A stretch of DNA of 64,000 bases from Opitutaceae bacterium (lineage in GTDB: Bacteria; Verrucomicrobiota; Verrucomicrobiia; Opitutales; Opitutaceae). The notes under the pieces were generated by a model. It had not been told where the DNA came from. It did no database searches and saw nothing but the letters and a program-made list of their open reading frames with translations. The position numbers and the translations under genes were made by a program. The stretch is taken from assembly GCA_026125215.1 (NCBI GenBank), contig JAHCLN010000002.1, positions 14,896-78,895 of the forward strand, given 5' to 3'. Position 1 is the first letter of the stretch, and every line of letters starts with the position of its first letter. Shown here piece by piece: positions 16,727 to 26,185 of this stretch.

Positions 16727-18750
16727 TGCGCCAAGCTGATTTCCGCCCCATGAAAGCCCCGGTCACCCATACCGTTGATGCCGACGGGATCGGCTGGATC
16801 ACGTTCGACGATCCGGCGGCCCGCGCCAATGTGCTCAACCCCGCGACCTTCGCGGCGCTGGCATCCGCGCTCACCGCGTTGGAATCCGCCCCGGTGCGCG
16901 CCGTGGTCGTGCGCAGCGCCAAGGAGCGCATCTTCATCGCCGGCGCCGATCTCCGGTGGTTGACGCAGCTGCCGGACACCGCCGCCGCGACCGCGGTCTC
17001 GCGCGACGGCCAGGCGGTGATGCAGCGGCTGGCCGGTTTCAAGGTTCCCGTGGTCTGCGCGGTGCACGGGGCGGCGGCGGGCGGCGGTTTTGAACTCGCG
17101 CTGGCCTGCCACTGGCGGATCGCGAGCGATGCCAGTGCGACGCAGCTCGGGCTGCCCGAGACGAGTCTCGGCACGATTCCCGGCTGGGGCGGGTGTGTGC
17201 GGCTGCCGCGTTTGATCGGGGTGCAGCCCGCGTTGGAGCATTTGCTGAAGGGGCAGTTGATCCCGGCCGCCGAGGCCCAGCGGTTGGGCATGGTGGACGA
17301 AGTCGTGCCGGCGGCGGAATTGACGGCGCGGGCCCGCGCGGCGGCGCTCCGGCTGGCCGCGGAAGGCGTGCCGGCGCGGCCGGCTCCGGCGCAGCCCGAT
17401 GCCGCGTGGCTGGATGAGCTGAAGCGCAAGACCGAGGCCAAGGCGCGCGGGCAGAATCCGGCGTTGGGCCGGGTGATTGACGTGGTGGCGCACGGCCGAT
17501 CGCTGCCCATGGCCGAAGCGCTCACGGTGGAGGCGGAGGTTTTTGGCGAGGTGATGACCAGCGCGATCTGCCGCAATCTCGTTCATGCATTTTTCCTGCG
17601 CGACGGCGCGAAGAAGCGCACGCTCGCCGGGTGGTTTGACGATGCGCCGGCCGCGCTGTCGCCGATCCGCAAGGTTGGCGTGGTGGGCGCGGGCGTGATG
17701 GGCTCGGGCATTGCGCAGTGGTGCGCGGCGCGCGGGTTTGCGGTGGTATTGCACGACAGCCAGCCGGCGGCGCTGGAGCGTGCGCAGACCGTCATTGCCG
17801 GGCTTTTTGCCGAGGCGGTGAAGCGCGGGAAGCTCACGGAGTCCGCTGCGGCGGAGGCCCGTGCCCGGCTCACATGGGGGGCGAACCTCGCGGCCTGTGC
17901 GGATTGCGACCTGGTGATCGAGGCCGTGATCGAGAACGTGGCGGCGAAGCAGAAACTGTTCGGCGAACTCGCCGCGGTGGTGCGGCCCGATGCGCTGCTG
18001 GCGTCGAACACCTCGGCGCTGCCGATCGAGGAGATCGCCGGCCATGTGCCCAACCCGGCGCGCACGCTGGGGATTCATTTCTTCAATCCCGTCAGCCGCA
18101 TGCCGCTGGTGGAGCTGATTCTCGGCCGTGAGACCGCCGCCGCGCCCGCCGCCGCCGCGCTCGGGTTGGTGAAGACGCTGGGCAAGTCGCCCGTCATCTG
18201 CCGGTCGTCGCCGGGCTTCCTCGTTACGCGCGTGCTGTTCTTCTACCTCAACGAGGCCTGCCGGCTCCGGGAGGAAGGCTTGTCGACAGAGGCGCTGGAT
18301 ACCGCGATGCGTGACTGGGGCTGGCCGATGGGCCCGATGCGGCTGATCGACGAGGTGGGCGTGGACGTGACCGATTTCATCTTCGGCGAGATGGCGCATT
18401 ATTTTCCGGGGCGTTTCCAAGCGACCTCCATCTGCGCGCGGCTGCTCGCCGCCGGGCTCAAGGGCCGGAAGAACGGCGCCAGTTCCGGTTTCTACGCCTA
18501 TGCGGACCGGAAGGAGACGGTGAACCCGGAGATGGCGAAATTTGCCCCCGGGAAGACGTCGGCGATGGACGCTGCCACGATCGCCGGGCGGCTGATGGGC
18601 GTGATGGTCGCCGAGGCCCGGCGCTGTCTCGACGAAGGCGTTGTCAAGACCCCGGAGGACGTGGATTTCGCGCTGCTGAGCGGCGCCGGTTTCCCCGCCT
18701 GCCGCGGCGGGCTGATGCGCTGGGCGCAGAGCGGTGGCGTGGCGTGCTGA
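16726..18750 (+). CDS. bifunctional enoyl-CoA hydratase / 3-hydroxyacyl-CoA dehydrogenase (FadJ/FadB-like)
   Basis: Crotonase-fold N-terminal half and VGVVGAGVMGSGIAQ NAD motif in the C-terminal half. ATG overlaps the RluA stop (TGATG). Alternative start at 16750. Confidence 0.85.
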   Translation: MRQADFRPMKAPVTHTVDADGIGWITFDDPAARANVLNPATFAALASALTALESAPVRAVVVRSAKERIFIAGADLRWLTQLPDTAAATAVSRDGQAVMQRLAGFKVPVVCAVHGAAAGGGFELALACHWRIASDASATQLGLPETSLGTIPGWGGCVRLPRLIGVQPALEHLLKGQLIPAAEAQRLGMVDEVVPAAELTARARAAALRLAAEGVPARPAPAQPDAAWLDELKRKTEAKARGQNPALGRVIDVVAHGRSLPMAEALTVEAEVFGEVMTSAICRNLVHAFFLRDGAKKRTLAGWFDDAPAALSPIRKVGVVGAGVMGSGIAQWCAARGFAVVLHDSQPAALERAQTVIAGLFAEAVKRGKLTESAAAEARARLTWGANLAACADCDLVIEAVIENVAAKQKLFGELAAVVRPDALLASNTSALPIEEIAGHVPNPARTLGIHFFNPVSRMPLVELILGRETAAAPAAAALGLVKTLGKSPVICRSSPGFLVTRVLFFYLNEACRLREEGLSTEALDTAMRDWGWPMGPMRLIDEVGVDVTDFIFGEMAHYFPGRFQATSICARLLAAGLKGRKNGASSGFYAYADRKETVNPEMAKFAPGKTSAMDAATIAGRLMGVMVAEARRCLDEGVVKTPEDVDFALLSGAGFPACRGGLMRWAQSGGVAC

Positions 18751-18798
18751 GTTGGCGTCTGAATTGACATTCCCTGTCGGCCCAACAGGTTTTGGCTC

Positions 18799-18990
18799 AT
18801 GACCGCCAGTCTCCTGATCAAGCAGATCAAGGCACTGCCTCCGCGTGAGCAGGCCAAGGTGCGGCGCTATGTTTACGGACAGCATGCACCGAATCCCACG
18901 ACCCGAAAAACGGTCCGCGACGCAAATGCCGGCAGGAATCTGGTTCGGTGCAAGGACACGGACGAGCTGTTTGCCAAGCTGGGGGTTTGA
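18799..18990 (+). CDS. short antitoxin with a DinJ-like C-terminal toxin-binding tail
   Basis: 63 aa. C-terminus PNPTTRKTVRDANAGRNLVRCKDTDELFAKLGV resembles the E. coli DinJ tail (PNQLTIQSIKNSEAG...DADDLFDKLGI). No ribbon-helix-helix N-terminus recognised. Confidence 0.6.
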   Translation: MTASLLIKQIKALPPREQAKVRRYVYGQHAPNPTTRKTVRDANAGRNLVRCKDTDELFAKLGV

Positions 18991-18992
18991 GG

Positions 18993-19259
18993 GTGAAGAC
19001 GCCGGTTTATACGAACCGGTTTGAACGTGAACTGAAGCTCATGGTCCGGCGCGGCCGGGACGCCGAAAAATTCAAGCGCGTCGCCCGATTGCTGCTGGCC
19101 GGACAGCCGCTGCCGCGGACTTGTGCGGACCATCCGCTGAAGGGCGGTTTCACCGGCTGGCGTGACTGCCACCTTGAACCGGACTGGATCCTGATCTACA
19201 AGGCCGATGCCGCGCAGGTCATCTTTGGGCGGACCGGCACGCACAGCGACCTTTTCTAG
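18993..19259 (+). CDS. yafQ: YafQ-family type II toxin (RelE/ParE superfamily mRNA interferase)
   Basis: GTG start 2 nt after the antitoxin stop. Motif HPLKGGFTGWRDCHLEPDWILIYK...GRTGTHSDLF matches the YafQ family. Confidence 0.75.
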   Translation: MKTPVYTNRFERELKLMVRRGRDAEKFKRVARLLLAGQPLPRTCADHPLKGGFTGWRDCHLEPDWILIYKADAAQVIFGRTGTHSDLF

Positions 19260-19534
19260 GGATGGCCGCCTGCTGCCCAAGCTGACTGAACCTCATGACC
19301 GGAGGGATCATCGCGTCACTCGGCGCGGAGCGCGACGTTGGGATCGACCTTGGTGGCGCAGCGGGCGGGGAGTCGGCTGACCGCATGGCAGCCACGTCAG
19401 CGAGTGAAGCATCCTACTCCCTTCGGATGAATTGCCGGTCCGGGGGCCGGCTTGGCGCTGAAACATTTTGCCAGTGGCCGGGGGCGGCCAAGTTTTATGA
19501 CAAAACAACCCCAGCTCCCAACCCCGGAGTCCCC

Positions 19535-22246
19535 ATGCCTTCCGTTGCCACGCTTGATCCCAAACTCAAACACCAGCTGCTGCAGACGCTGCTCGAAAGC
19601 CGTCACGGCGATCTCCGCGAGGAGAGCCTGAACCGCCAGGGCAAGGGCCACTTCCACGTGTCCGGCCGCGGCCACGAGGCGCTCGCGGCCATCTCCCGCC
19701 AGCTCGCGCCGGGCGACTACCTCGCGCCCTACTACCGCGACCGCGGGCTGGTGCTGGGCCGCGGTGTGACCACGCGGCAGCTAGCCCTCGACTACATGGC
19801 GAAGCGCGCGTCGTCGTCCGGCGGACGGCAGATGCCGTCACACTACAGCTACCGCGAACTCAACATCTGGAGCGTGCCGACCCCGACGGGTGCGCAACTG
19901 CTGCCGGCCTGCGGCATGGCCTGGGGCATGCAGCTCGACGGCAAGCCGAATCTCGTCGTCACCACGGTCGGTGACGCCGCCACGCGGCAGGGCGACTTTT
20001 ACGAGGCGGTGTGCTTTGCGCAGGAGCGGAAGCTGCCGCTGCTGCTGATCGTGGAGGACAACGGCTTCGGCATCAGCACGCCGACGGCCCGGATGACCCC
20101 GAAGGCGCTCTCCATCCTCAACGAGGAGCAATGGCGCACGGTCGAGGGCTGGGATGTCGAGCAGGTGCACGCCGCGGGTGAGCAGGCCATCGCGGACATC
20201 CGCGCCGGCCGCGGTCCGGTGCTCCTGTGGGTGAAGCTGGAGCGGCTCTCCAGCCACACGAGTTCGGACGACCAGGCGATCTACCGCTCGAAGGAGGAAC
20301 TGGCGCATCTCGCCGAGCGCGACCCGCTGCAGCTGCTCAAGCAGCAGCTCATCGCCGAGGGCGAGCTGACGGAGGAGGCGTTTGCGCAGCTCGACCAGGA
20401 GGTGAAGGAGCGCGTGCGGCGCGACTACGCCGAGGCCGAGCGCGCCGAGAATCCCGTGGCGAACGAGCTCGAGGTCAACGTGGCCTCGCCGCCCGCCGCG
20501 CTCGACGAGCAGGTGCTCCAGCCCGGCCGTTACCGGATGGGCGATGTGATCAACCTCACGCTGCGCGCCGGGCTCGACGCCAATCCCGACCGCGTGATTT
20601 TCGGCGAGGACGTCGAAGACCCAAAGGGCGGCGTCTTCCGGCTCACGCAGCGGTTGTCCACGGATTTTCCGGGCCAGGTGTTCAATTCGCCGCTGGCCGA
20701 GTCCACCATTCTCGGCGTGGCCTGCGGGTTGGCAAGCTACGGCAAGCGCCCGGTCTTCGAGCTGCAGTTCATCGATTTCATCTACCCCGGTTGGAACCAG
20801 CTCGTGACCAATCTCGCCACACTGCGCTGGCGGACTTTTGGCAAGTGGACCTGCCCGGCGGTCATCTATGCGCCCTACGGTGCCTACCTGCCCGGCGGCT
20901 CGCTCTGGCATTCGCAGGCCAACGAGTCGGCCATCGCGCATTTCCCGGGGATCAACGTTGTCGTGCCCAGCACGCCGGAGGACGCCGCCGGTCTGCTTTG
21001 GACCGCCATGCACGCGGAGGACCCGGTGATCTTCCTCGCGCCGAAGCACCTGCTCTGGGCTGAACGCGCGGTCGAGGACCCCGTGTTGTCCGTCCCGATC
21101 GGTCAGGCGCGGCGGCGCACCGAGGGACGCGACGTCACCGTCATCGCCTGGGGCAACACCATGGAGAAGGCCCTCGAGGCGGTCGTCGCGCTGGGCGGCG
21201 AGGTGAGCGTGGAGCTGATCGACCTGCGCACCATCGTGCCCTGGGACCACGAGACGGTGGAGGAATCCGTGCGCAAGACCGGCCGGGTGGTCGTGGTGCA
21301 GGAGGACACGGAGAACTGCTCCGTCGGCCAGATGATCATTTCCCACCTCACGGGCCGTCCCGACGTGTGGAACCGGCTGCAGAGTCCGCCCATCCTGGTT
21401 TCGAAGGGCAACGTGATGATCGGCTACAACCCGGTCTATGAATACGCCGCGCTGCCGGACACGCCGCGCATCGTCGAGGCCGTGCGCCGGGCGATGGCGG
21501 GCACGGTTGAGCGGAACGAGGCGGCGCCTACTGCCCGCGCCCAGACGGCGCCGGTTTCGGCTTCCGCCCCGGCCGCCGTCGCGGTAGCCAAGGCCATGCC
21601 CGCCGCGCGCCGCGACATCGAGATCCAGGTCCCCATCATGGGCGAAGGCATCCGCGCCGCGCGCATCGTGGCGCTGCACAAGCAGCCGGGCGACCGGGTC
21701 AACCTCGACGATACGCTCTGCGAGGTGGAGACCGACAAGGCCGTGTATCCCATCGAAGCCGCCTTTGCCGGTGTGCTGAAGGAGTGGCGCGTGGCGGCGG
21801 ATGCCACGGTGGAAATCGGCCAGACGATCGCGATGCTCACCGCGGACGAGCCCGTGGCCGTGCAAGCGGTCGCGGCCGCCGCGCCCGCGCCGGTGCCCCC
21901 GGCGCATCCGAGTTTGCAGCAGCTGCAGCGCACGCCGGCGGCCGCCGCGCCGGTGGTCACGGCCAAGGGCACGCTGCGCGAGCCCGCGCTGCCCGCGGCC
22001 ATCACGCGGCGGCTGTCCCACAATGGTGCTCAGCCAGCTTATGCAGCTCGACACCGCACAGGCGCGGCCTCCGCGCGGCGCAGACGCCGCCAAGCAGGCC
22101 GGGCGCGATTATTCGCCGTCACTGATGCTGGCGTGGTCGGTGTGCCGCGCGATGGAGGCGCATCCGGCCTTCCGCTGCATCATCAGCAAGGAGGGCCAGA
22201 TCCTGGAGCAGGAGGTTTTCGACCTCGGGATTGCCGTGGCGCTTGA
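19535..22246 (+). CDS. 2-oxoacid dehydrogenase E1 alpha-beta fusion carrying a C-terminal lipoyl domain; the last ~75 codons look out of frame
   Basis: TPP motif GDAATRQGDFYEA...VEDNGFGIS, transketolase-like beta half, Ala/Pro linker and lipoyl motif EVETDKAVYPIEA. After PALPAAITRRLS the frame becomes Arg/Gly-rich junk up to the stop at 22246. Confidence 0.75.
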   Translation: MPSVATLDPKLKHQLLQTLLESRHGDLREESLNRQGKGHFHVSGRGHEALAAISRQLAPGDYLAPYYRDRGLVLGRGVTTRQLALDYMAKRASSSGGRQMPSHYSYRELNIWSVPTPTGAQLLPACGMAWGMQLDGKPNLVVTTVGDAATRQGDFYEAVCFAQERKLPLLLIVEDNGFGISTPTARMTPKALSILNEEQWRTVEGWDVEQVHAAGEQAIADIRAGRGPVLLWVKLERLSSHTSSDDQAIYRSKEELAHLAERDPLQLLKQQLIAEGELTEEAFAQLDQEVKERVRRDYAEAERAENPVANELEVNVASPPAALDEQVLQPGRYRMGDVINLTLRAGLDANPDRVIFGEDVEDPKGGVFRLTQRLSTDFPGQVFNSPLAESTILGVACGLASYGKRPVFELQFIDFIYPGWNQLVTNLATLRWRTFGKWTCPAVIYAPYGAYLPGGSLWHSQANESAIAHFPGINVVVPSTPEDAAGLLWTAMHAEDPVIFLAPKHLLWAERAVEDPVLSVPIGQARRRTEGRDVTVIAWGNTMEKALEAVVALGGEVSVELIDLRTIVPWDHETVEESVRKTGRVVVVQEDTENCSVGQMIISHLTGRPDVWNRLQSPPILVSKGNVMIGYNPVYEYAALPDTPRIVEAVRRAMAGTVERNEAAPTARAQTAPVSASAPAAVAVAKAMPAARRDIEIQVPIMGEGIRAARIVALHKQPGDRVNLDDTLCEVETDKAVYPIEAAFAGVLKEWRVAADATVEIGQTIAMLTADEPVAVQAVAAAAPAPVPPAHPSLQQLQRTPAAAAPVVTAKGTLREPALPAAITRRLSHNGAQPAYAARHRTGAASARRRRRQAGRARLFAVTDAGVVGVPRDGGASGLPLHHQQGGPDPGAGGFRPRDCRGA

Positions 22247-22622
22247 GGGCGACCGGCTGGCCACGGCCGTCATTACGGGCGCCAACCGGCGGGATTTTGC
22301 GGACTTCGCCGCGGCCTATGCCCAGGCGCTGGCCGACACCCGGGCCGGCAAGATGACGGATGTGCAGGCGCCGCTCAACCTCACGAGCCTCGGCGCCTTC
22401 GGCATCGAGGCGGCGATTCCGATCGTGGTGCCGCCGGCGATGGGCACGCTGTTCTTCGGCCGGGCGCACGAGCGCATGATCAACGAGGGCGGCCAGATTT
22501 ACCCGCAGGAGGTCGCCACGCTGTCGCTCACCTTCGACCACCGCGTGGTCAACGGCGCGGGCGCCGCGGCCTTCCTGCACGACGTGAAGGCGCAGATCGA
22601 AGGCTTCCGGCTCCCCGGCTGA
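22023..22622 (+). CDS. 2-oxoacid dehydrogenase E2 acyltransferase catalytic core, in the +1 frame relative to the upstream ORF
   Basis: ORF 21801..22622. Motif SLTFDHRVVNGAGAAAFL (catalytic His/Asp-type motif). First ATG at 22023. Probably continuous with the upstream ORF through a frameshift near 22000-22030. Confidence 0.65.
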   Translation: MVLSQLMQLDTAQARPPRGADAAKQAGRDYSPSLMLAWSVCRAMEAHPAFRCIISKEGQILEQEVFDLGIAVALEGDRLATAVITGANRRDFADFAAAYAQALADTRAGKMTDVQAPLNLTSLGAFGIEAAIPIVVPPAMGTLFFGRAHERMINEGGQIYPQEVATLSLTFDHRVVNGAGAAAFLHDVKAQIEGFRLPG

Positions 22623-22625
22623 GGC

Positions 22626-23375
22626 TCACAGTTCGGCCAGGGCGGCCCGGGCGCGGGCCTGAGCCTGGAGATCGAACTTCTCCCGGGCCGGCAGGGCGAG
22701 ACCCTGTTCCAGGTTGCGCCGTGCCGCCGCGGGATTGCCCGCGGCCTTGTGCGCAAAGCCAAGCTCCAGCCGGTGGGCGGGCGCGTCGGGCTCCAGCGCC
22801 ACGGCGCGCTCCAGGTGCCGGATGCCCTCCGCATAGGAGGCATCCGGCAGGCCGCCGTAGAACAGACGCACAAAAAACCGTGCGGTGCGGCCGAGCCCGG
22901 CGACTTCGTAGTGCCAGCGGCCGAGCACGTGGTGCGCCCAGGCGTAATCGGGATCGAGGGCGAGCGCGCGTTCGGCCTCCTCCTTGATCAGGCGCGAATA
23001 CTGCACCTTGGTGCGCGTATCGCTGTAAACGGCGAGCCGGCCGTGGCACACGGCGAGGGAAAGGACGTTGACGGGATTGTCGGGCTCGAGCGCGACGGCG
23101 CGCAGCGCGTAGTCGAGGGCGGTCTGGGCGTAGCGCTTTTTCTCCTCCGCGCCGGTCTGCTCCTCGACGAGGTCGGAATACTGGCGCGCGATTTTCTGGA
23201 GAATAAAGGCGCTCTCCGGCTGCTCGCGCAGGGCGTCATAGTAAAGCTCCAGCGCACGGCGGGGCTCCATTGCCTGCTCGGCCGCGGCCGCTCGGGTCAG
23301 CAGGTCGGCGTCCTCGCCGTTGGCGAAGACGCAGGCGCTGCAGGCGAAAAGGAGGGCGGGGAAAAAGCGTGGCAT
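22626..23375 (-). CDS. secreted TPR-repeat protein
   Basis: N-terminal signal-like MPRFFPALLFACSACVFA and repeated A/Y/L-rich TPR-like helices. Confidence 0.6.
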   Translation of the reverse strand: MPRFFPALLFACSACVFANGEDADLLTRAAAAEQAMEPRRALELYYDALREQPESAFILQKIARQYSDLVEEQTGAEEKKRYAQTALDYALRAVALEPDNPVNVLSLAVCHGRLAVYSDTRTKVQYSRLIKEEAERALALDPDYAWAHHVLGRWHYEVAGLGRTARFFVRLFYGGLPDASYAEGIRHLERAVALEPDAPAHRLELGFAHKAAGNPAAARRNLEQGLALPAREKFDLQAQARARAALAEL

Positions 23376-23424
23376 TGTTGATTATACGTTTGGCGCGGGC
23401 CGGCGGGTGCAACAGACTGGCGGC

Positions 23425-23856
23425 ATGAAGCCAGAACTCACGCCGGCCATCCTGGGGGTGGTGGAGACGGTGCTCTACACGGACGATCTGGCCCGCGCCA
23501 CCACCTTTTACCGCGAGGTGCTCGGGTTGACGCCGATGACCGGGGACCCCGCGCGTTTCCAGGCCTTCGATGCCGGGGCGGGCCGGGTGCTGTTGCTCTT
23601 CAAGCGGGGCTCGACGCTGCAGCCGACCCCGGTGCCAGGCGGGGTGATTCCGCCGCACGACGGTCACGGTCCCCTGCACCTGGCCTTGGGCATCGCCGCC
23701 GCGGATTACGCCGTGTGGCGCGAGCGGTTGACTGCGCGGCACATCGCCCTGGAGGGCGAAGCACGTTGGGAACGCGGGGGCCGCAGCCTGTATTTCCGCG
23801 ATCCGGACGGCCACCTGGTCGAGCTGGTCACGCCCGGCATCTGGCCGAACTACTGA
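23425..23856 (+). CDS. VOC (glyoxalase/bleomycin-resistance/dioxygenase) family protein
   Basis: 143 aa. Fold-typical ETVLYTDDL...FY..VLGL and GRSLYFRDPDGHLVEL. Confidence 0.7.
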   Translation: MKPELTPAILGVVETVLYTDDLARATTFYREVLGLTPMTGDPARFQAFDAGAGRVLLLFKRGSTLQPTPVPGGVIPPHDGHGPLHLALGIAAADYAVWRERLTARHIALEGEARWERGGRSLYFRDPDGHLVELVTPGIWPNY

Positions 23857-23861
23857 GCGCT

Positions 23862-24872
23862 TCAGGGCTTGCGGAAAAGGTAGTGGCTCACGAGCCATTC
23901 CTCGCCGTGGCGGTAACCCCAGAGTTCGGCGCAGGCCATGTAGAAGACCCGCCAGTAGGCCCACCATTTCACGGCCTGGTCGCGGCCGTAGGTGTCTGCA
24001 AACAACGGGAGAATCTCGTCTTTGTGCCGGTCCATGTTCTGCAGCCAATGCTCGGCGGTCTGCTGGTAGTGGCGGCCGTTGAGTTTCCAGTCCTGCACGA
24101 GCTTCAGATCGTCCTGGAACTGCAGGAGCAGGTCGTGCGCGGGCATCTGGCCGCCGGTGAAGAAATGGCGGCTCATCCAGTCGGTCGCGTCGCGTGGCAC
24201 AAAGTGGTAGCTCAGCCGGCTGTGCGTGAAGATGTGCGTGAACAGCAGGCCGCCGGGACGAAGCCAGCGGGCGATGTTCCGGAAGAGCAGTTCGTAATTC
24301 TTGAGGTGCTCGAACATCTCGACGGACACGACCCGGTCGAAGGCCGCGGGCGTGATGTCGAAGGCGTTGATGTCGCAGGTGAGGATGCGGAGGTTGGTGA
24401 GGCCGCGTTTCCGCGCCTCGGTGTCGATGAATTCTTTCTGCGTGCGCGAGTTGGAAATGGCGGTGAGGCGGGCGCCGGGAAAACGCGCGGCGTTGTAGAG
24501 GCAGAGCGAACCCCAGCCGCAGCCGAGCTCCAGGATGTCCTGGCCGTCGGCGAGCTGGGCGCGCTCGGCATAGAGGGCGAGCATGTGCTCTTCGGCCTCG
24601 GCGAGGGTTTCGTGGCCGGCAGGGTAGAGGCAGGATGAGTATTTGAGCCGCGGCCCGAGGCAGTGCTGGTAGAAGGGCGTGGGGACTTCGTAGTGTTGCT
24701 CGTTGGCGGCGGTGGTCTGCTCGGCGAGGGCGCGGGTCTTCAGGTCGGCAACGTAGGCGGCGCGGTCGTAGCGGGCGGTTTCCTCCCGGATCCGCTGCGC
24801 GAGCAGCCGCCGGATGCCGATGCGGATGAGGCGGTCGGGCAGGAGATTTTTTTCGAGCAGATAGTCGATCAT
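23862..24872 (-). CDS. CFA-synthase-like SAM-dependent methyltransferase (short form, 336 aa)
   Basis: QHYEVPTPFYQHCLGPRLKYSSCLY and SAM motif ILELGCGWGSL. Confidence 0.8.
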   Translation of the reverse strand: MIDYLLEKNLLPDRLIRIGIRRLLAQRIREETARYDRAAYVADLKTRALAEQTTAANEQHYEVPTPFYQHCLGPRLKYSSCLYPAGHETLAEAEEHMLALYAERAQLADGQDILELGCGWGSLCLYNAARFPGARLTAISNSRTQKEFIDTEARKRGLTNLRILTCDINAFDITPAAFDRVVSVEMFEHLKNYELLFRNIARWLRPGGLLFTHIFTHSRLSYHFVPRDATDWMSRHFFTGGQMPAHDLLLQFQDDLKLVQDWKLNGRHYQQTAEHWLQNMDRHKDEILPLFADTYGRDQAVKWWAYWRVFYMACAELWGYRHGEEWLVSHYLFRKP

Positions 24873-24887
24873 GGGCGGCGGGGCGGC

Positions 24888-25673
24888 TCAGCGCTTCGGA
24901 AACCACGGCACAAAGGCGCTCGTGGTCTGTTGGTAGCGGCGGTAGGCGTCGCCCCGGCTGCGCAGGTTTTGTTCCTCGTTCATGGGTATGCCTGTTACGC
25001 GCAGGAGCAGCCAGAGGATGCTCGCGGGGCCGATGATCGCGACCCAGCCCCACGGCGAGCCCAGGGCGAAGACGAAGAAGGCCACCCACACCATCCATTC
25101 GAAGAAATAGTTCGGGTGCCGGCTGTAGCGCCACAGGCCGCGGTCGCACACGCGGCCACGGTTGGCGGGGTCGCGCTTGAAGGCGGCCAGCTGCCGGTCG
25201 GCCACCGCCTCGCCTGACAGGGCGAGGAGCCACAGGAGGGCGCCGGCAATTTCCAGCGGATGCAGCCGGGCGACGGGATTGAGGCTTGTCACCAAAAAGG
25301 CGGCCCCGAGCAGCACCACGGAGACGGCCTGCATCTGGAAAAACTTGAACATCTCCCAGGCGAAATTCGCCGCCCAGCGCTGGCGCAGCGCCAGGTAGCG
25401 GCCGTCCTCGACCGGGTGGTGGCCCATCACGCGGACATAGAGATGCGTGCCCAGGCGCAGGCTCCACACGAGGGCCAGCGCTGCGATGAGCGCCCGCCGC
25501 ACCGGCCAGCCGGCCGCGGCCAGCGCGTAGAAAACCGCCAGCAGCCCGAAGGCATACGACCACGCGATGTCCACGATGCCGTAGTTGTCGATCCGCCGGG
25601 CGACGAAATAGACGGCGGCAAACAGCAGGCACATTCCGGCGGTGGCACCGGCGAGCAAGAGGATCAGGCTCAT
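24888..25673 (-). CDS. DUF1295 / steroid-5-alpha-reductase-like membrane protein
   Basis: 261 aa polytopic protein. Motif GLWRYSRHPNYFFEW. ATG overlaps the upstream stop (ATGA). Confidence 0.7.
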   Translation of the reverse strand: MSLILLLAGATAGMCLLFAAVYFVARRIDNYGIVDIAWSYAFGLLAVFYALAAAGWPVRRALIAALALVWSLRLGTHLYVRVMGHHPVEDGRYLALRQRWAANFAWEMFKFFQMQAVSVVLLGAAFLVTSLNPVARLHPLEIAGALLWLLALSGEAVADRQLAAFKRDPANRGRVCDRGLWRYSRHPNYFFEWMVWVAFFVFALGSPWGWVAIIGPASILWLLLRVTGIPMNEEQNLRSRGDAYRRYQQTTSAFVPWFPKR

Positions 25674-26185
25674 GGCTGGGCGGGACGGAGCAAACGCGCG
25701 AACCGGCGCATCACCGGGCGCAGCGGGTAGTAGATGACGGCGAGGAGCAGCGGCGTGGTGACGATCCAGGCCGTGAGGGCATGGATGCCGGCCCAGCCGA
25801 AGCGCTCGAGAAAGACCAGAAAGGTTTCGTCGCGAAAGGTGCGCAGCATGTCGCCGACGTTGAACCGGGCGCCCTCGGCGCGCCACAGCCATTCGCCGAG
25901 CCGCACATACGCGAGGATCAGCAGCAGCTGCAGCGGACCGAGCAGCTGGTTGAGCGTCTGCAAAATGGGCTGGTTCATCCGCAGCCGGATGCCGACCACG
26001 AGGTTGAGCAACGAAGTAAGCCCGAGGAACGGGAAGAGCGAACAGGCCGTGCCCACCGCCAGCGTGGCGGCGAGCCGGTCGGGCGTGACGCCCTGCGTGA
26101 GCTGGGCCACCAGCGGATCCAGCAGCCGGCGCTGCCAGAAACCTCGCGCCGGCGGCGAGGCGGTGAACGTGGCTTCGGTGGTCAC
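25670..26185 (-). CDS. DUF2062-like membrane protein
   Basis: 171 aa from a GTG that overlaps the upstream stop (GTGA). Pattern LTQGVTPDRLAATLAVGTACSLFPFLG. Confidence 0.5.
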   Translation of the reverse strand: MTTEATFTASPPARGFWQRRLLDPLVAQLTQGVTPDRLAATLAVGTACSLFPFLGLTSLLNLVVGIRLRMNQPILQTLNQLLGPLQLLLILAYVRLGEWLWRAEGARFNVGDMLRTFRDETFLVFLERFGWAGIHALTAWIVTTPLLLAVIYYPLRPVMRRFARLLRPAQP

